From Octopus vulgaris (lineage: Eukaryota), in NCBI GenBank assembly GCA_951406725.2, contig OX597821.1:70928001-70992000 (forward strand): a stretch of 64,000 nt of DNA, written 5' to 3'. Under the pieces are notes generated by a model. The model searched no databases. It had not been told where the DNA came from and saw nothing but the letters and a program-made list of their open reading frames with translations. A program made the position numbers and the translations under genes. Below are positions 14,186 to 28,369 of this stretch, piece by piece (position 1 is the stretch's first letter; every line of letters begins with the position of its first letter).

Positions 14186-15012
14186 CAACGGAATTTTGTT
14201 TCGTTGGTTTTTCTTTTTCTTTTCCAGGTTATTTCGCATGCTTTCAACGAATGTGACATCAAAATCACGCATAAATGTTTCCTTTTCCCAGAAAAGGAAA
14301 TATTTGGCTGCTATTTCGTGCACACGCTGCTACCCCGTACAGGTATTTCGGGCCCTTTATCGTAAATAGCTATTACGTGGTAGCAGGTTGTAGTAGAAAT
14401 AGCAACCAAATGTTTGGAGGTGAGATATGTTCAATGCACTCGAAAAAACCCTCTGGAAAAAAACTATTTCACACCGAGGTTACGAATGGGTCTTTTACGA
14501 AATATTTACCGTATATTTTAAAGTCATTTTGATTTTAAAATATTTTTCAAATATGTCAAAAATATTTTTGAAATGGTATTTACTTGAAAATAATTTTAAA
14601 ACACATTGAAATATTGTCTATTTAAAGAAAGCTTAAATATAAATACTTACCGTACAAACAACTTAGATTTTTGAAATCGCATTCACTTAAAAATATTTCT
14701 AAATGATTAAAACATTGTGTTTAACAAAAGCAAAAACAGAAGCATTTACTAATAGAAAGATAAGAGTTTCTTCCCTTTCAGGATTAAGATTATTTTCGAA
14801 ATATTTTCCCATTATGCACCGTTTTGGGTATTTATACCCGAAAACCTCTAATATCTCTAAAACTACTCGTCCGATTTACGCGAAACTCATTTTATTCCGT
14901 TCGTACTAATATTTCAGGGTAAACTTAATTCATAGTATTTTTCCATTATGCGCCTGTTTGGACGGGTAACATTGCATGCAAACAAGCAACTGACTTTTAA
15001 TGTATTATAGAT
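14183..15012. mobile_element. Probable non-autonomous Helentron/DINE-like element
   Basis: atatctctaaaactactcgtccgattt motif and terminal cttttaatgtattatagat resemble recalled Helentron-associated elements; lies between two halves of family A SINE sequence. Confidence 0.4.
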
Positions 15013-15014
15013 AC

Positions 15015-15150
15015 AACGGGCTTCTTTCAGTTTCCGTCAACTAAATCAAGTCACAAGCTTTTGGTCGGCCCGAAGCTATAGTAGAAGACACTGAACCCAG
15101 AACAATGTAGTCGGTAAGCAAGCTGTTTATCAGACAGCCACTCTTGCGCC
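15015..15150 (-). mobile_element. Family A SINE 5' half
   Basis: cgggcttctttcagtttccgtc...cagccactcttgcgcc. Confidence 0.85.
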
Positions 15151-15404
15151 TATGTATCAAGGTATCTTTGTATGTATAAGCAAAAATGGTAGTTCTAAAA
15201 TATCTCTAAGAGATCAACGCAGTAGTTGCACTAACAAGTAATGTTCGTAACCACTTTAACATGGCTGTCCGTTCGAACGGACTTTACTGCGAATTTTTAA
15301 CCCCAAAAGGACATCTCCTCAAGCTGGTTAACAATGCACAGCTGCATCCATGATATTGCGAGTAGGGGAGCGAACCCCTGCCACCATCTAGCGACGGGAC
15401 CAGC

Positions 15405-15446
15405 AAACCAACCTGGTTTCGGATTATTTCTCCTCTTCAGTCATGG
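15405..15446 (-). ncRNA. Hammerhead-like core (stem I not evident) within a ~250-bp repeat (15205-15460)
   Basis: Minus strand: CTGAAGA-gga gaaataa tcc-GAAAC-cag-GTT. Confidence 0.45.
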
Positions 15447-15522
15447 ACGCCTCGTCTGTTATAAATGGCAGTAGCTCACTTCTGCTCGCAATATATATAA
15501 TTTCAAGCAACTAGCAAAAATA

Positions 15523-15619
<97 letters not shown>

Positions 15620-17331
15620 CATACATACATACATACATACATACATACATACATACATACATACATACAAACATAGACATATGTGTGTGTATATATGTAT
15701 GCATGTACGTATATTTATTTATAAATGTATGTAAATATGGATGTATGCGCGTGTGTTTGTGTGTAGTTTAATGGTATTCTTAAGATGTTTCTGCATGTGT
15801 GTGTGTGTGTGTGTGTTTGTTTGTGTGTGTGTGTGTGTGCTTATTAGGTGTATTAAAACAAGTGTCTCGCTGGTGATGTTGCTACGATTTTACTAAAAGC
15901 GGAGTTTAACTTCTTATTGTTTTATTTCTTATTTTATAGCTGTTAATGGATGTTTCTTTCACCTAAATAAATCATTTTCTCGTTATATCTTTCTTTGCAA
16001 AACATATTTTGCTGTACAGAGTTTTGGAATCAATAAAGGTTATTTGGTTTGCAAATAGTTTAGTTAGCCTCGCTGATGTGTCTTTAATTATTTTTTTTTT
16101 AATGTTTTGAGGTACTTTATAATCTATGGGTATAATTGAGTTTTTCTCTTAATTTCTTATACGGATAACTAACAGATCTATTCAACCTTATTGTACTATT
16201 AAAGTATTAGCAACTGTAATGTTATGATTACTAATTAACTTAAATTGTTTGAAAATTACTCAGATTTTGTACTCATTTTAACAGGAAAAATTTGTCGGTA
16301 ATTAATATGTTTCAGAACTCGTATGCCACCATCTCATTACAAGTCTCTTTCAACGTGCAAGAACGTAATTTTTTTAAATTTGAAGTAAATAATTCCTCCA
16401 AATCACTAAACTCAGTAGAATAGTTGGCGTTCAAAGGAATTTTAGATTATTTTAATTCCAAACACTATAATACAGCAAAATCGTTTTCCTGTCCGCCGTT
16501 AGAAGTTCAATTTCTTTTTCATTGATATCAATGAAAGACCTGATGAAGCTTACGGCGTCCACAAGTAAAGTTTGGATGATAGAGCGATAGTTTCCTGGTA
16601 ATGGAATAGCGAAAATTTACATTAGTTCCTATTTAAGAGTATTCTAAATCATTCTATCACAGTATATGAGTTACTCTAAAGTTGTTGCTGTGACACTAGA
16701 TTGATTACTGAAATTGTTGTAGACATCTAAAAAAAATGATTTTATTAATTTTTCTCAATGTCCGATTTAGTATGGCTAATGGATTGTTTCCGCTGTAAAT
16801 TAGTTGAGTGGTGTCTGGAGATAAAATGAAGAGTCCAACGTGATGAAAGGGATTCAGTTCTGTTATATATTTCCTTTTTGGTAATATTTTTTTTATATCC
16901 TTGCAACTAATATCACTCTACTTTCATATAATTGTTAGTAATAGAATTACATACACATGCATGTTTATATACTTATAGAAACGAATATACGTACAGCTAT
17001 TTATGTGTAATACATATACATACATATACATGCATACATACATACATATATGCATGCATGCATGCATACATACATATATGTATGTACCATCTATGTATAC
17101 AGATATACATGCATATATATATATACATATATATATATATGTATTTATATTTACATGTATGTATGTAAATATAATGTACATGAATATAATATGAATATGT
17201 ATTTATATACAAAAAAATGTGGAAGGTGATTGAGTGAAAATATACATATATGTATATACACAAATACACATATAAACACAAATACACATATATACACAAA
17301 TACACATACACAAATACACATATAAATGCAC

Positions 17332-17388
<57 letters not shown>

Positions 17389-17855
17389 GTTATATATGTA
17401 ATAATTTAAAAGATGAAAGCAAAAGTCATTTACAAAGTACAAAGTATTTTTAAAATGCAACTTTTCTTGACATTTTAAAACGTAAAAATATTTCCCTGTA
17501 TTTAAATTACTAAAACCATGTTACTCCACTTCCAAAACTTCTGAATACCGTTTCCAATACCGTTTCAAATAAATGTATACAAACATCAATGTACTTATAC
17601 ATGCGTACAGACGTACATCAATAAATAATATTTACATTCATACATACAGTCATACAGACATACCTGCATACATACGTACAATACATACATGCATACATAT
17701 ATATCTGTTAATATGTAAGTATGTATGTATGTACGTACGTACGTACGTATGTATGTATGTATGTATGTGTGTATATGTGTATGTGTGTATGTGTGTATGT
17801 GTGTATGTGTGTATGTATGTATGTATGTTTGTGTGTATGTATGTGTGTATGTGTA

Positions 17856-18045
17856 TGGTGAAGACCCTCTTCGGACATGAATGACTATGGCATTGCACCT
17901 AGAAAGTTCTCCACCGAAGTAAGGTTGTTTATGGAAGACCACCAATCACCCAAGCATACTAGCCTCCCCCTCCCCGCCATCCATGTTACCCAAAGGAAAG
18001 GCAAAAAGGGGCCGATACAGCTCTGCACCAGTGGATGTCGCAACT
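17856..18045. mobile_element. Interspersed repeat fragment, RTE-associated-like
   Basis: ggcaaaaaggggccgatacagctctgcaccagtggatgtcgcaact resembles recalled RTE/BovB-type UTR sequence; embedded in microsatellites. Confidence 0.4.
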
Positions 18046-18114
<69 letters not shown>

Positions 18115-18116
<2 letters not shown>

Positions 18117-18440
18117 TGGCACTCCGACGTCGAGGGTTCCAGTTGATCCGATCAACGGAACAGCCTGCCCCTGAAATTAACATGCAAATGGCTGAGCACT
18201 CCACAGACACGTGTACCTTTAACGTAGTTCTCGGGGAGATTCAGCGTGACACAGAGTGTGAAAAGGTTGGCCTTTCAAAAACAGGTACAACAGAAACAGG
18301 AAGAAAGAGTGAAAGAAAGTTGTGATGGAAGAATACAACAGAGTTCGCCACCACCCCATGCCGGAGCCTCGTGGAGCTTTAGGTGTTTTCGCTCAATAAA
18401 CACTCACAACAGCCGGTCTAGGAATCGAAACCGCGATCCT
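18115..18440 (-). mobile_element. tRNA-derived SINE (family C-related head), 5'-truncated
   Basis: Minus strand starts aggatcgcggtttcgattcctagaccgg (B box); body cgtggcactcc...gatccgatcaacggaacagcc; inserted in (TA)n. Confidence 0.75.
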
Positions 18441-18457
18441 ATATATATATATAGGAA

Positions 18458-18835
18458 AATTTTATCGTCACTAATTGTGACTGAGGGTACGAAAGCACCT
18501 ATATTACAAGAAATAACAGTTAAAAACTCTTGATGTTGTAAGAAACCCGGAACATATATACACTGATATACACTGACAGGGGAAATAACCGCCCCTTGAG
18601 CGTCTCTAGGATCACTAGACTAGACAAATTTCGCCTATCCGTCGTAAGCTTGTCAGTAGTGACTACTCAAACGCTCGATGGTTTGGCTTAATCTGGCTGT
18701 CAGTATGACTGATTTAGCAGAATGTTAAGGTCTGTATTAAAAATTAATATAAATATCTAGGTGCAATATGTAACCATTATCTCTTGCAATATAGGTGCAT
18801 CAGCACCCCCAGTCACAATGAATGACGATAAGATT
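18458..18835. repeat. ~65-bp imperfect terminal inverted repeats around a ~250-bp core, in (TA)n
   Basis: aattttatcgtcactaattgtgactgagggt...gcacctatattacaaga (18458-18522) vs tcttgcaatataggtgc...cagtcacaatgaatgacgataagatt (18771-18835). Confidence 0.8.
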
Positions 18836-18866
18836 GTTCCTTTATGGTACTATATTGTGCCTAGCT

Positions 18867-18906
<40 letters not shown>

Positions 18907-18979
18907 AGATCAAAGATCCTTAGAGTGCCATATGCTCATAAGGTTTCTTTCCCGGATTCTTTACCGTTCTATATTCCTT

Positions 18980-19178
18980 ACCTAGACAGGACGCTGGTCC
19001 GTCACAGAATTATTCATTTTTGCTTGCTGAGTGGACTGGAGCAACGTGAAAAGAAGTACTTTGCTCAAGGACACAACGCCACACCAAGTCCAGGAATCGA
19101 AGCGGCAGTCTTGGGCTCATGAGCCCAACACTTTAATCATACAGCACGTTCATTAATGATTAAGTAACGTGCCTCCAC
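18980..19178 (-). mobile_element. tRNA-derived SINE (family C)
   Basis: gctgagtggactggagcaacgtgaaa...ttgctcaaggacacaacg...ggaatcgaa; homologous to 5851 and 25-166. Confidence 0.7.
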
Positions 19179-19202
19179 AATATCCACACGCGCGGGCGGA
19201 TA

Positions 19203-19253
<51 letters not shown>

Positions 19254-19255
<2 letters not shown>

Positions 19256-19320
19256 GGCGGTGCCCCAGCATGGCCACAGCTCATAAGCTGAAACTAGAAT
19301 CAATCATCAATCAATCAATC
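19254..19320 (+). mobile_element. Extreme 3' tail of a CR1/L2-group LINE with (AATC)n tail
   Basis: ggcggtgccccagcatggccacagctcataagctgaaact + (aatc)n, inserted in (TA)n. Confidence 0.65.
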
Positions 19321-19539
19321 ATATATATATATATATACAGAAATAAAGAGAGGGATGGTGAGAAAGAGATATGCTACTGATAACATCTAAAAGAAGGTGC
19401 TTTTTCATTCATCTTTAGTGAGTGTAGTTTTGACCAGGAGGAACTGATTTCATTAGACGATATCCTATCATCATCGGGTTTTTCGACCCTGAACCGTAAC
19501 ACTCTCCAGTTGATTAGTCAACAGATTTGCCCAAATCAA

Positions 19540-20500
19540 TGTTCACCGTCTCTTCCTGACTTCCAGCTTAACCTTTCTCTCTCGCTCCAATTTCTGCAGT
19601 CTCTTATTTCAATAGTTGTAAGTATTCTTCATACTATCAGGGCATGGAATCCCCTACAGCCAACCCTAACTGAAAAAAGCCATTACTGCTATCCTTTCTC
19701 CCTGCAATCCTTCAAAAGCTTCTCATAATTGACACATTTCTTTTCCAACGCTTGATCGCACGCTTCGCCCCTAGGTACTGTAAGCTCGATTAGTAACATT
19801 TTATTGCCTTTTCAGACGACAAAACTACACAGGGTTTTCTGAACAACCTTCTTTCTTATCCTATGATTGGGACCCGTATAGTAGCCCATTTGGCCTTTGT
19901 GCCGTCCTCGCTGGCTTTTCTTCAAGAACTTCACTGCTTCTATTGTTCCACCTTGATGTTGGTATTTCTTGTATCTTTTCTGTTCCAAGATATGAATTAG
20001 TGTAGCAAGCATCTTGTCGTGGTACCACTTGTATTGCCCTTGACTAAATGATGTTTTGCGCTCTGACAAGATATGCACCAGGTAGCCTTTTCTCCAGGGA
20101 GTCTCTGTAACTCTTTCACTTTCATTTCCCATCTGTACAGGGAGTGTGTCATACATAATCCGAAGCAGAAAGGAAATGCGGAATGGCTCCACTCTCTACA
20201 GCTGTGACCCCTCGGAGAAGTTCCATTTACTCCAGGCGCCCTGGGATACCCGTTCCACATCTTTTGATCTTCTATTTTCTTCCTGGTGTCGTATTTTCTC
20301 TGGCTCGCCGACCTCCTTTCTCTTGGTGTTGAAAATAGAACCGAGACCCCTCCGTCCTGTGTATGTAATTCCAATGTTGCTCCAGCATGGTTTCAGTCTC
20401 TGCCACTCTGATGCTGACCACCCACTTTTGCCCGTACACTCTGGTGATGCCTATATGCTCACCCGGTGTCCGTATACATTACCACAGCTCTACACTTCGC
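19540..20500 (-). mobile_element. Hero-type (restriction-like endonuclease) non-LTR retrotransposon 3' fragment, decayed
   Basis: [18 protein letters not shown]...HILS..KTSFSQGQYKWYHDKML and LLIELTVP.GEACDQALEKK...YEKLLKDCREKG...VRVGCRGF match the CCHC+RLE region of Hero elements; stops and frameshifts present. Confidence 0.85.
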
Positions 20501-20558
20501 GGCATGCACTTCCTGCATGCACACACTACTGCATATACACGCTCATATATGTGTGTGT

Positions 20559-20608
<50 letters not shown>

Positions 20609-20691
20609 TATTATATATATTATATATACATATATATATAAATATATATATATATATACATACATATATGTGTGTATATGCATGGACAGGC

Positions 20692-20831
<140 letters not shown>

Positions 20832-21082
20832 GCATTCATTTATATATTTGTATATGTTATGAGTTTGTATTTATATCTTTACATGTGTAACAGGTTAAAC
20901 CTCTGGAATGTTTTACATATTTTCACCGTTCCATTACAGCCTTGTAATTTTCCAATTAGCCGAATCGTTTTGTTGCTTTTCTTTTATATGTAATTGTTTC
21001 TTAAACCTAGCTTCTTATGAATAAAGCTAGGCTATTTAATTACATCACCAAGTGTTTCAAACCACAAGTTCATATATATATA

Positions 21083-21173
<91 letters not shown>

Positions 21174-21220
21174 ATGTATATATATATATGCGTGTGTGTA
21201 TTTGCATGTATGTATGTATG

Positions 21221-21283
<63 letters not shown>

Positions 21284-21739
21284 ATATATATATGTATGTA
21301 TATATATATAGATAGATAGATGTATAAGTAGCGCCATCATCATTAGTTCGGTATGTTTCCGTTTTCTTTTATCATTAGCATTATGTTAACATCTGCTGTG
21401 CGCACATTTTACAAAGGTTTTCACAGAAATATTTCCTCAGAATTCTTTCGTCTTATGGCTGAGTTATCTTCGTCGCTACGACTATTTATATTTACACCTT
21501 AAGGACTGCCTTTCTACAAATTGTATTCTGCTTTTATCACGCAACAGGCTTTTAAGTGAGCAGCATTTGAGATGACGCTTTCGGACAGCCGCATATGATG
21601 CAGGTTAATTCCATGTCTGTATCAGTTGTTACAGTTTGATGTGTTCCTTGCATCGCTAACTTCTCCATCAAGTATTTCCTGTATTTAGATTTTATGAGCA
21701 TTCCCTTCAAAGTAAAAGCTGTTAAACCAAGACTGTTTA

Positions 21740-22390
21740 CTCTGCTTAGAAGAATCGTCGAAGAGCTCAGAATTTCCATGTAGATGGCGTTGGTTGTATT
21801 TGTAGGTTTCTCCGAAGTATTTGTTAATGTCATTAAAAGGTCATGTTACATAACCTTTTGAACTATGGCACCCCAAATAAGATTGTCAAAGCCATCGCCC
21901 TCATGAAGGCCATCCACGTTTCTGCAGAGCACATGAACAGTCCGATTAAACGTTCCCGACAGAAGCAGGAATCTTTCAAGGCTCTCTTTCTCTTTGTAGT
22001 TGTGATGGATAACATCTCAGGCTAAGCCTTGACCCTGATTCAAAACGTAAAACGCATCATCAAAGAGAAATAACCAAGATGTCGACAGAGTCTGTATTTG
22101 GTATTTTTATACTGACGATGTTGCTATCACAACTTACCCACCGTGTGATGTACAAAACTCACTAACATTCCTTGAGAATGTTGCAGCAACCAAAATCACC
22201 CTATTTCTCAGAGTAAAGAAGTATTAAAGCCATCTTCGCTTATATTTCAACAATAGCAACACAACCAAAGGAGCTTGGCGACTTCAACTAAACTGGACCC
22301 TATTTTGCTGATATTAAGGACAATTTCCTGATACGCAAGAGATAATACGCAAGCCTAGGGTGCTTGTAATGAACTTTACGTCATCTTAAA
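21740..22390 (+). mobile_element. Highly decayed non-LTR RT fragment (RTE-like)
   Basis: VFVGFSEVF (~FVDF.KAFD), MLHNLLNYGTPNKIVKAI, LFLFVVVMD and YTDDVAI occur in RT domain order. Confidence 0.65.
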
Positions 22391-23274
22391 AGCTCGTAGT
22401 TGATGTTTGTACCATTGCGGTTCATCGCAGAGTAGGTTGTTTTACTGGTCAATGCTATTCCTGTTGAACACCAGGCCGTATCGGGTTTTGCTTTATATTG
22501 TGGGAACTTAAGCACTGTAATGGAGAATGGATACTACTCGATAGCATTGATGTTATTGACACTATATGAAATTGAGGTTGTAGCAAAGCTTATCTTAAAT
22601 CTATGTTAACACATACACATTAGACACACGCACACATTTGTGTATATATGCATTTATATATATAATGTTTCTGTCTTTCTGTAAGTTAATCCATATCCTT
22701 CGGATTTCCTCAACAAAGCCAATGAGTTCATACCATTTTAAACATTATAATGTTTCCCTGTTATGCTTTATTTTGTCAAAGACAATACTATCCCTTCATG
22801 CATTTAACTTCAGAATGGTGACCCAGGAAGAAGCTACGGTCCATATCATCTGAGAAACTTTATCAAGTCGAAGGCCATCTCTCATGAATAACGGAATCGA
22901 ACGATTTCTTGTCATTCAGTCAGCCTGCAATCAAATATCAATGTCAACGCTCCTTTGACATCGTACTTGTTACTCTGACAATAACCTTGGGGGCTACAAG
23001 TTCAAAGGGTTCATACGTTTTATGAATGAAATTCTGATCTGCAAAGGGGTTCGGTGTCGTTGCCATGTGACTGACTTTGTTTTTATTTTTGTTTGCACGC
23101 GCGCGCGTGTGTGTGTGTGTATGCGTGTGTGTGTATGTGTGTTATCCGTATGAATCTGAGAGTGTATCAAACTTGCTTCTGCAATGTCTATGTGTGTTTT
23201 ATGTGTGTACATATTTTTGTATGTATATGTATATGAGTGTATATATTTATATATGTACATACATGTGCATAGGA

Positions 23275-23349
<75 letters not shown>

Positions 23350-23502
23350 AAAAAATACAAACTGGGACAAGGACGCAAAACATTTAGAAGACGATAAAAA
23401 AACACGGACGGGACATTCGAAGCCTTCAATCTTCAGTCAAGAACCGGATCATCCTCGCAATTTCGGCTGATTAATCTTGAGATTGCTCCGACCTGGCCAG
23501 CC

Positions 23503-23574
<72 letters not shown>

Positions 23575-23899
23575 TGTGATCACGTTACCGACCAGATCAT
23601 CAGATGTTGCTACATATCGCTGGTCACAATGCGTTCGCATTGTTTTAGCCTTCGAATGACGCCACCCCGCTATATATATTTATATATATATATATTTTAT
23701 ATATATATATATATAAATGTGCGAGTGTGTATGTGTGTGTGTTTCTGATAAAAGCTCCCTGGTAAAGATCGATATGGTACCCCAAGAGCTGCTCAATATT
23801 CTGCACCAATAGCCATCGACCAAATCTCTTATTGATACTTTTCTACTTTGAATATATTTTCGCTCTCGACGGAATCAATCACTTTTGATACAATATTAC

Positions 23900-24095
23900 T
23901 TTCAAAGTTTGGCACGAGGCCAGCAATTTCTGGGGGAGGGGGAAAGTCGATTACATCGATTCCTGTATTCATCCCGAAAGGATGAAAGGCAAAGTCTACC
24001 TCGGCAGCACTTCAACTCAGAACATAATGACGGAAGAAATGCCGCTAAGCAATTTTTCCGGTGCGGTAACAATTCTGCCAGCTTGCTTCCTTATC
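23900..24095 (-). mobile_element. tRNA-derived SINE family B
   Basis: ttcaaagtttggcacgaggccagcaattt...ccgaaaggatgaaaggcaaagtc...aactcagaac...aatgccgctaagc; homologous to 45730. Confidence 0.85.
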
Positions 24096-24584
24096 ATTGA
24101 TACATTACTGATATATTATTGATTTAACCCTCATCTCTTTCGTGGATTCGATCGATTGTTATCAAATTCTTTGCTAATTATTATAATTTCCCTCTTCTTG
24201 TAACAGTTTCTCACTGATTAAGGACGATCAACTTTTTTCTCAAAAATTCTCTTTTTATTATTTTCAAAGAAATATGTGTTTATATTTTATTTTCCAAGTT
24301 TTGTAGACGTTTGTGGGTATATATATATATACCTGTCTTTAAAAACCTGTGATAAGTCTGTGCATCATCCTCCTCATATCTCTGGAAATTTAAATCTACA
24401 CTATGAATTGATTCATCTTCTCTTCGAAACTAATAAGTTTTTAAAAATCTGTGATAAGACTGTACATCATCATTAAGGAACTTTGTAAAACTGTTTACAA
24501 CCTATATCTGCCTCTAATGGAATTATCTCCAATATTTCATGAGTATAACCTCACCCACTAAGATGTCTAGAGAACTCATATGTA

Positions 24585-24675
24585 TTTTAGCTGATGAGTA
24601 CGGGACACTTTTATCTGCTGCAATTTTTGCAACTTGTAATAAAGCCTGTCTTTGTATGAAACAATTGTACTAAAA
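24585..24675 (+). ncRNA. Type-I hammerhead ribozyme with extended stem II
   Basis: ttttag-CTGATGA-[60-nt hairpin gtacgggaca...tgtctttgtat]-GAAAC-aatt-GTA-ctaaaa; stem I is a perfect 6 bp; palindromic stem III ACAATTGT. Confidence 0.85.
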
Positions 24676-24703
24676 ACTAATCCATTCTTGTTGCTTCTTT
24701 CTC

Positions 24704-24771
<68 letters not shown>

Positions 24772-25700
24772 ATATGTATGTGTGTGTGTATGTATGTATG
24801 TATGTATGTATGTATGTATGTATGTATGCATGTATGTATGTAGTTTTCTTATCCTCTTTTTAATTTAGGGTTAATTCTAACCGGCCACCTACTAAGTTGT
24901 AACAGAAAGCACCTTGTTTTGTTCATCATCTTTTAAATCTTAAGAAGGTTTCGGGGATTTTGTATTGTCCCTGATAACGGGATCATTTGTAGTATAAGGC
25001 ATTTCATTTTCTCCCCCAACAACCTAAGCTGAACGATATTTTGCTCCAGACGGGTCGGTACGTATCCTAAGAGATATGAAGTCATGAGTATGTATGCCTG
25101 TATGAATGTGCACGTGTGTGTTTAGTGTAGTGTTTATATTTGATTAAATGACAAAATAAATGGACACGAGGTTTTTAAAAAAAACGGAGAGATCGAAAGA
25201 GATTGTAGACCGAAACTAAATATTTTTGTTCGGTTCCTTTTACTAAAATTCTTCCAAGAATGAAACATTCGATCTTGACATCTATTTACATTTTCACTTG
25301 CCAAGTTGATGGCGGCAAACATCATAAATAGAACGGTAGTATTATATTTATGTGTTTATGTGGATGTGTATATATGTGTATGTGTCTATGTATGGCTGTG
25401 AATGCTCATGTTTTTGTGTGCGAAAATATACTGCTTACACGTATAACGACCAGCACATTCAGTACCTCAAGCGTGTATACTCAGTTTTAATGTTTACTCA
25501 CGTAAGACATAGCATAGAGTATGTATACATATATACGTGTTTGAGCACGTGCAAGCGGATATCTATTTATATGTGTCTGTGTGTGTCTATGTGTGTTTAA
25601 TGTGTGTGCGTATTTTTGTATGTATATGTATGAGTGTATATATTTATATATGTACATACATGTGCATAGGAATACATACATATATATATATGGTATACAG

Positions 25701-25744
<44 letters not shown>

Positions 25745-25809
25745 TATACATATCTATATACAAATATATGTGTATGTGTGTATGTGTGTGCGTGTGAGTG
25801 TATGTGTGT

Positions 25810-25868
<59 letters not shown>

Positions 25869-25871
25869 GAT

Positions 25872-26008
25872 AGAAGCTTGATTCCCAACCATATGGTTCC
25901 TTGTTCAGTCCCACGGCGTGGCACCTTGTCTTCTACTATAGTCTCGGACCGACCAAAGCGCTTTGAGTAGATTTGGTAGACGGAAATTGAAAGAAGCCCG
26001 TCGTATAT
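25872..26008 (+). mobile_element. Family A SINE 5' half
   Basis: cccaaccatatggttcc...ttcagtcccac...gatttggtagacggaaa..gaaagaagcccgtcgta. Confidence 0.8.
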
Positions 26009-26327
26009 GAGTGTGTGTGTGTAATTGAAGTCACCTGCTCAATGTGCCACGCAGCAGGGTTGAACTTGAATCCGTGTGGTTGGAAAGAAAAGTTATTAAA
26101 CACACAGTCGTTCTTGTATACATTCATACATACATACATACATATATATATGTGTGTGAGAGAGAGAGAGAGAAAAGAAAGAGAGAGAGAGAAAGAAAGA
26201 GAGAGAGAGGTGTACACACACACAGGTTCGACTTGAGTACTTCTACGCTGTTTTTCGAAAGAAAATTATAATTATATGTGTGTGTGTGTGTGCATGCGTG
26301 TGTGTCTGTGTGTGTGTGCATGCGTGT

Positions 26328-26393
<66 letters not shown>

Positions 26394-27632
26394 CGTATGT
26401 ACATCGAGTGTAATAGAGAGAGTAAGCTGGTTGAAAAGAATGTGATCGTCTCAGAAACAAACAATCCGGAAGATACAATGTATTTCTGGATCTGAAGATG
26501 GTTATCAAGAAAAGTAGGGAGGCGGCGAGTGGCAGCGGGTCTGAAATGGAGCAAAGAGCGTGTCATAAGAAACACGAATATTAAAAGCAAAGTTTGAAGT
26601 GGTCTTAAAGAAACAGATTTGGTTTCAGCGAAACACGAGGAATAGACATGTTTAAATTCATTGGAGCAAGCGATATGTTAGGAGAGATGAAGACAGGTGG
26701 ATTGAGAACCGTGTAAATATGTATTCCAGCAGGGGAGAAAAGTATTTAATTACGAATCGAGATGTCACCTATCGTGAAATACAAATGTAGAAATTTTCTC
26801 TGCGATTGAGATAAATCTTACAAAAACATCGATATATTTCACCAGCTAATTGGAATATTGTTTGGAAAGTTATATGAGGGAATGCGGGGAGAGCTTCAAG
26901 AAAGAAGTTTCTGAGAGAGTTAAAAAAAAAGCCACATCGTCGTTTAGATGTCAACTTTTGGCCCTTTTTTTTCGATTGGCTTATAAAGTGAAAAACTAGA
27001 ACGCCATTTTATATTTGAGATATGATGAATGAAAATCTTCGAAATATCAGAATAAGTGTGCAGTATAAAATTGAATACTTGTGTGAGTATTTATATAATG
27101 TGTGTAAGAGTATGTATATATGTGTGTGAGAGAGAGGGGGAGAGGGGGAGAGAGAGAAAGAAAGCGAGAGCGTCAGACAGACAGACAGAGTATTTGCCTT
27201 CTTAATCCACAGTTTAGTTCTAGATATCAATATCATGGTCTTGAGCCCGTTCCACCCTAATCTAGAAGGCTTGTAAACAAAAAATGTTCAAGTCGATATT
27301 TTGGTGTGCAATGAGAGCAATATTATCCAGTGTGTCCTTCTTTTATTATAAAGATAATGAAGGATCTAAGGGAGATTCGATTGTTTTCCTTTTTTTTTTC
27401 ATTCTCAGAAGTATTATTATCCGCACAGAAGTTCCCTCTATACCACGTGGTTCACTATTTATGCTGAGATAACTAAATACTGACTTTCTTGCTCACTGAA
27501 TGGACAGGACTCCGAACTTCGAGTCGAACACAAAGATCTACAAATGAAAGAGTTTTACAATAATGCCACTGCTTCCATCTTGAAGAGAACAGCATTAAGA
27601 TAGGAGAGAGTAGCTATTTGGAAAGATATCTA

Positions 27633-27686
<54 letters not shown>

Positions 27687-27946
27687 GGTATGAGTATAGA
27701 TGGATGGATGGATGCATAGATAATGTGCGTGGCTATGTGGTAAGAAGCTTGTTTCCCATGCATATATATACATATGGAGTTAAATTCTTTTACTTCCGAC
27801 ATATGTTTCGAAGACAACATTGGTATTATTCCGAAAGGAATAAAATGGTGTAAAACAATGTAATCTTATTAGAGAAAAATACACACATCCATTCATATAT
27901 ATATATGCGGGACTGTGTGGATGGCACAGACGTGACTGTGTCGGTA

Positions 27947-28352
27947 GCGCAGGAGTGGCTGTGTGATAAGTAGCTTGCTTACCAACTACATGGTTCCGGG
28001 TTCAGTCCCACAGCCTGGCACCTTACGCAAGTGTCTTCTACTATAGCCACGGGCCGACCAAAGGCTTGTGAGTGGATTTGGTAGACGGAAACTGAAAGGA
28101 GCCCGTCGTATATATATTTTTATATATATATATATATATGTGTTTGTATATCTGTGCTTGTACCCCCACCATCGCTTGACAATCGATATTGGCGTGTTTA
28201 CGTCCCCGTAACTTAATGGTTCGGCAAAAGTACTGATAGAATAAGTACGAGGCTTACAAAGAATATGTTCAGGGTTCGCTTTCTTCGACTAAAAGCGGTG
28301 CTCCAGCATGGCCACGGTCAAAATTACTGAAACAAGCAATAGGAAAAAAAGA
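27947..28352 (+). mobile_element. Family A SINE, full-length
   Basis: gcgcaggagtggctgtgtg...gcggtgctccagcatggccacggtcaaaattactgaaacaag. Confidence 0.92.
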
Positions 28353-28369
28353 ATATATATATTAGCATA

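Noticed and set aside
16540-16580. CTGATGA at ~16540 (also CTGAAGA at ~35546 and ~36352) as hammerheads
   Set aside because: No correctly placed GAAA and stem III
23350-23505. CTGAAGA on the minus strand as a hammerhead
   Set aside because: Followed by GAAT rather than GAAA and no consistent three-stem fold; probably a repeat fragment
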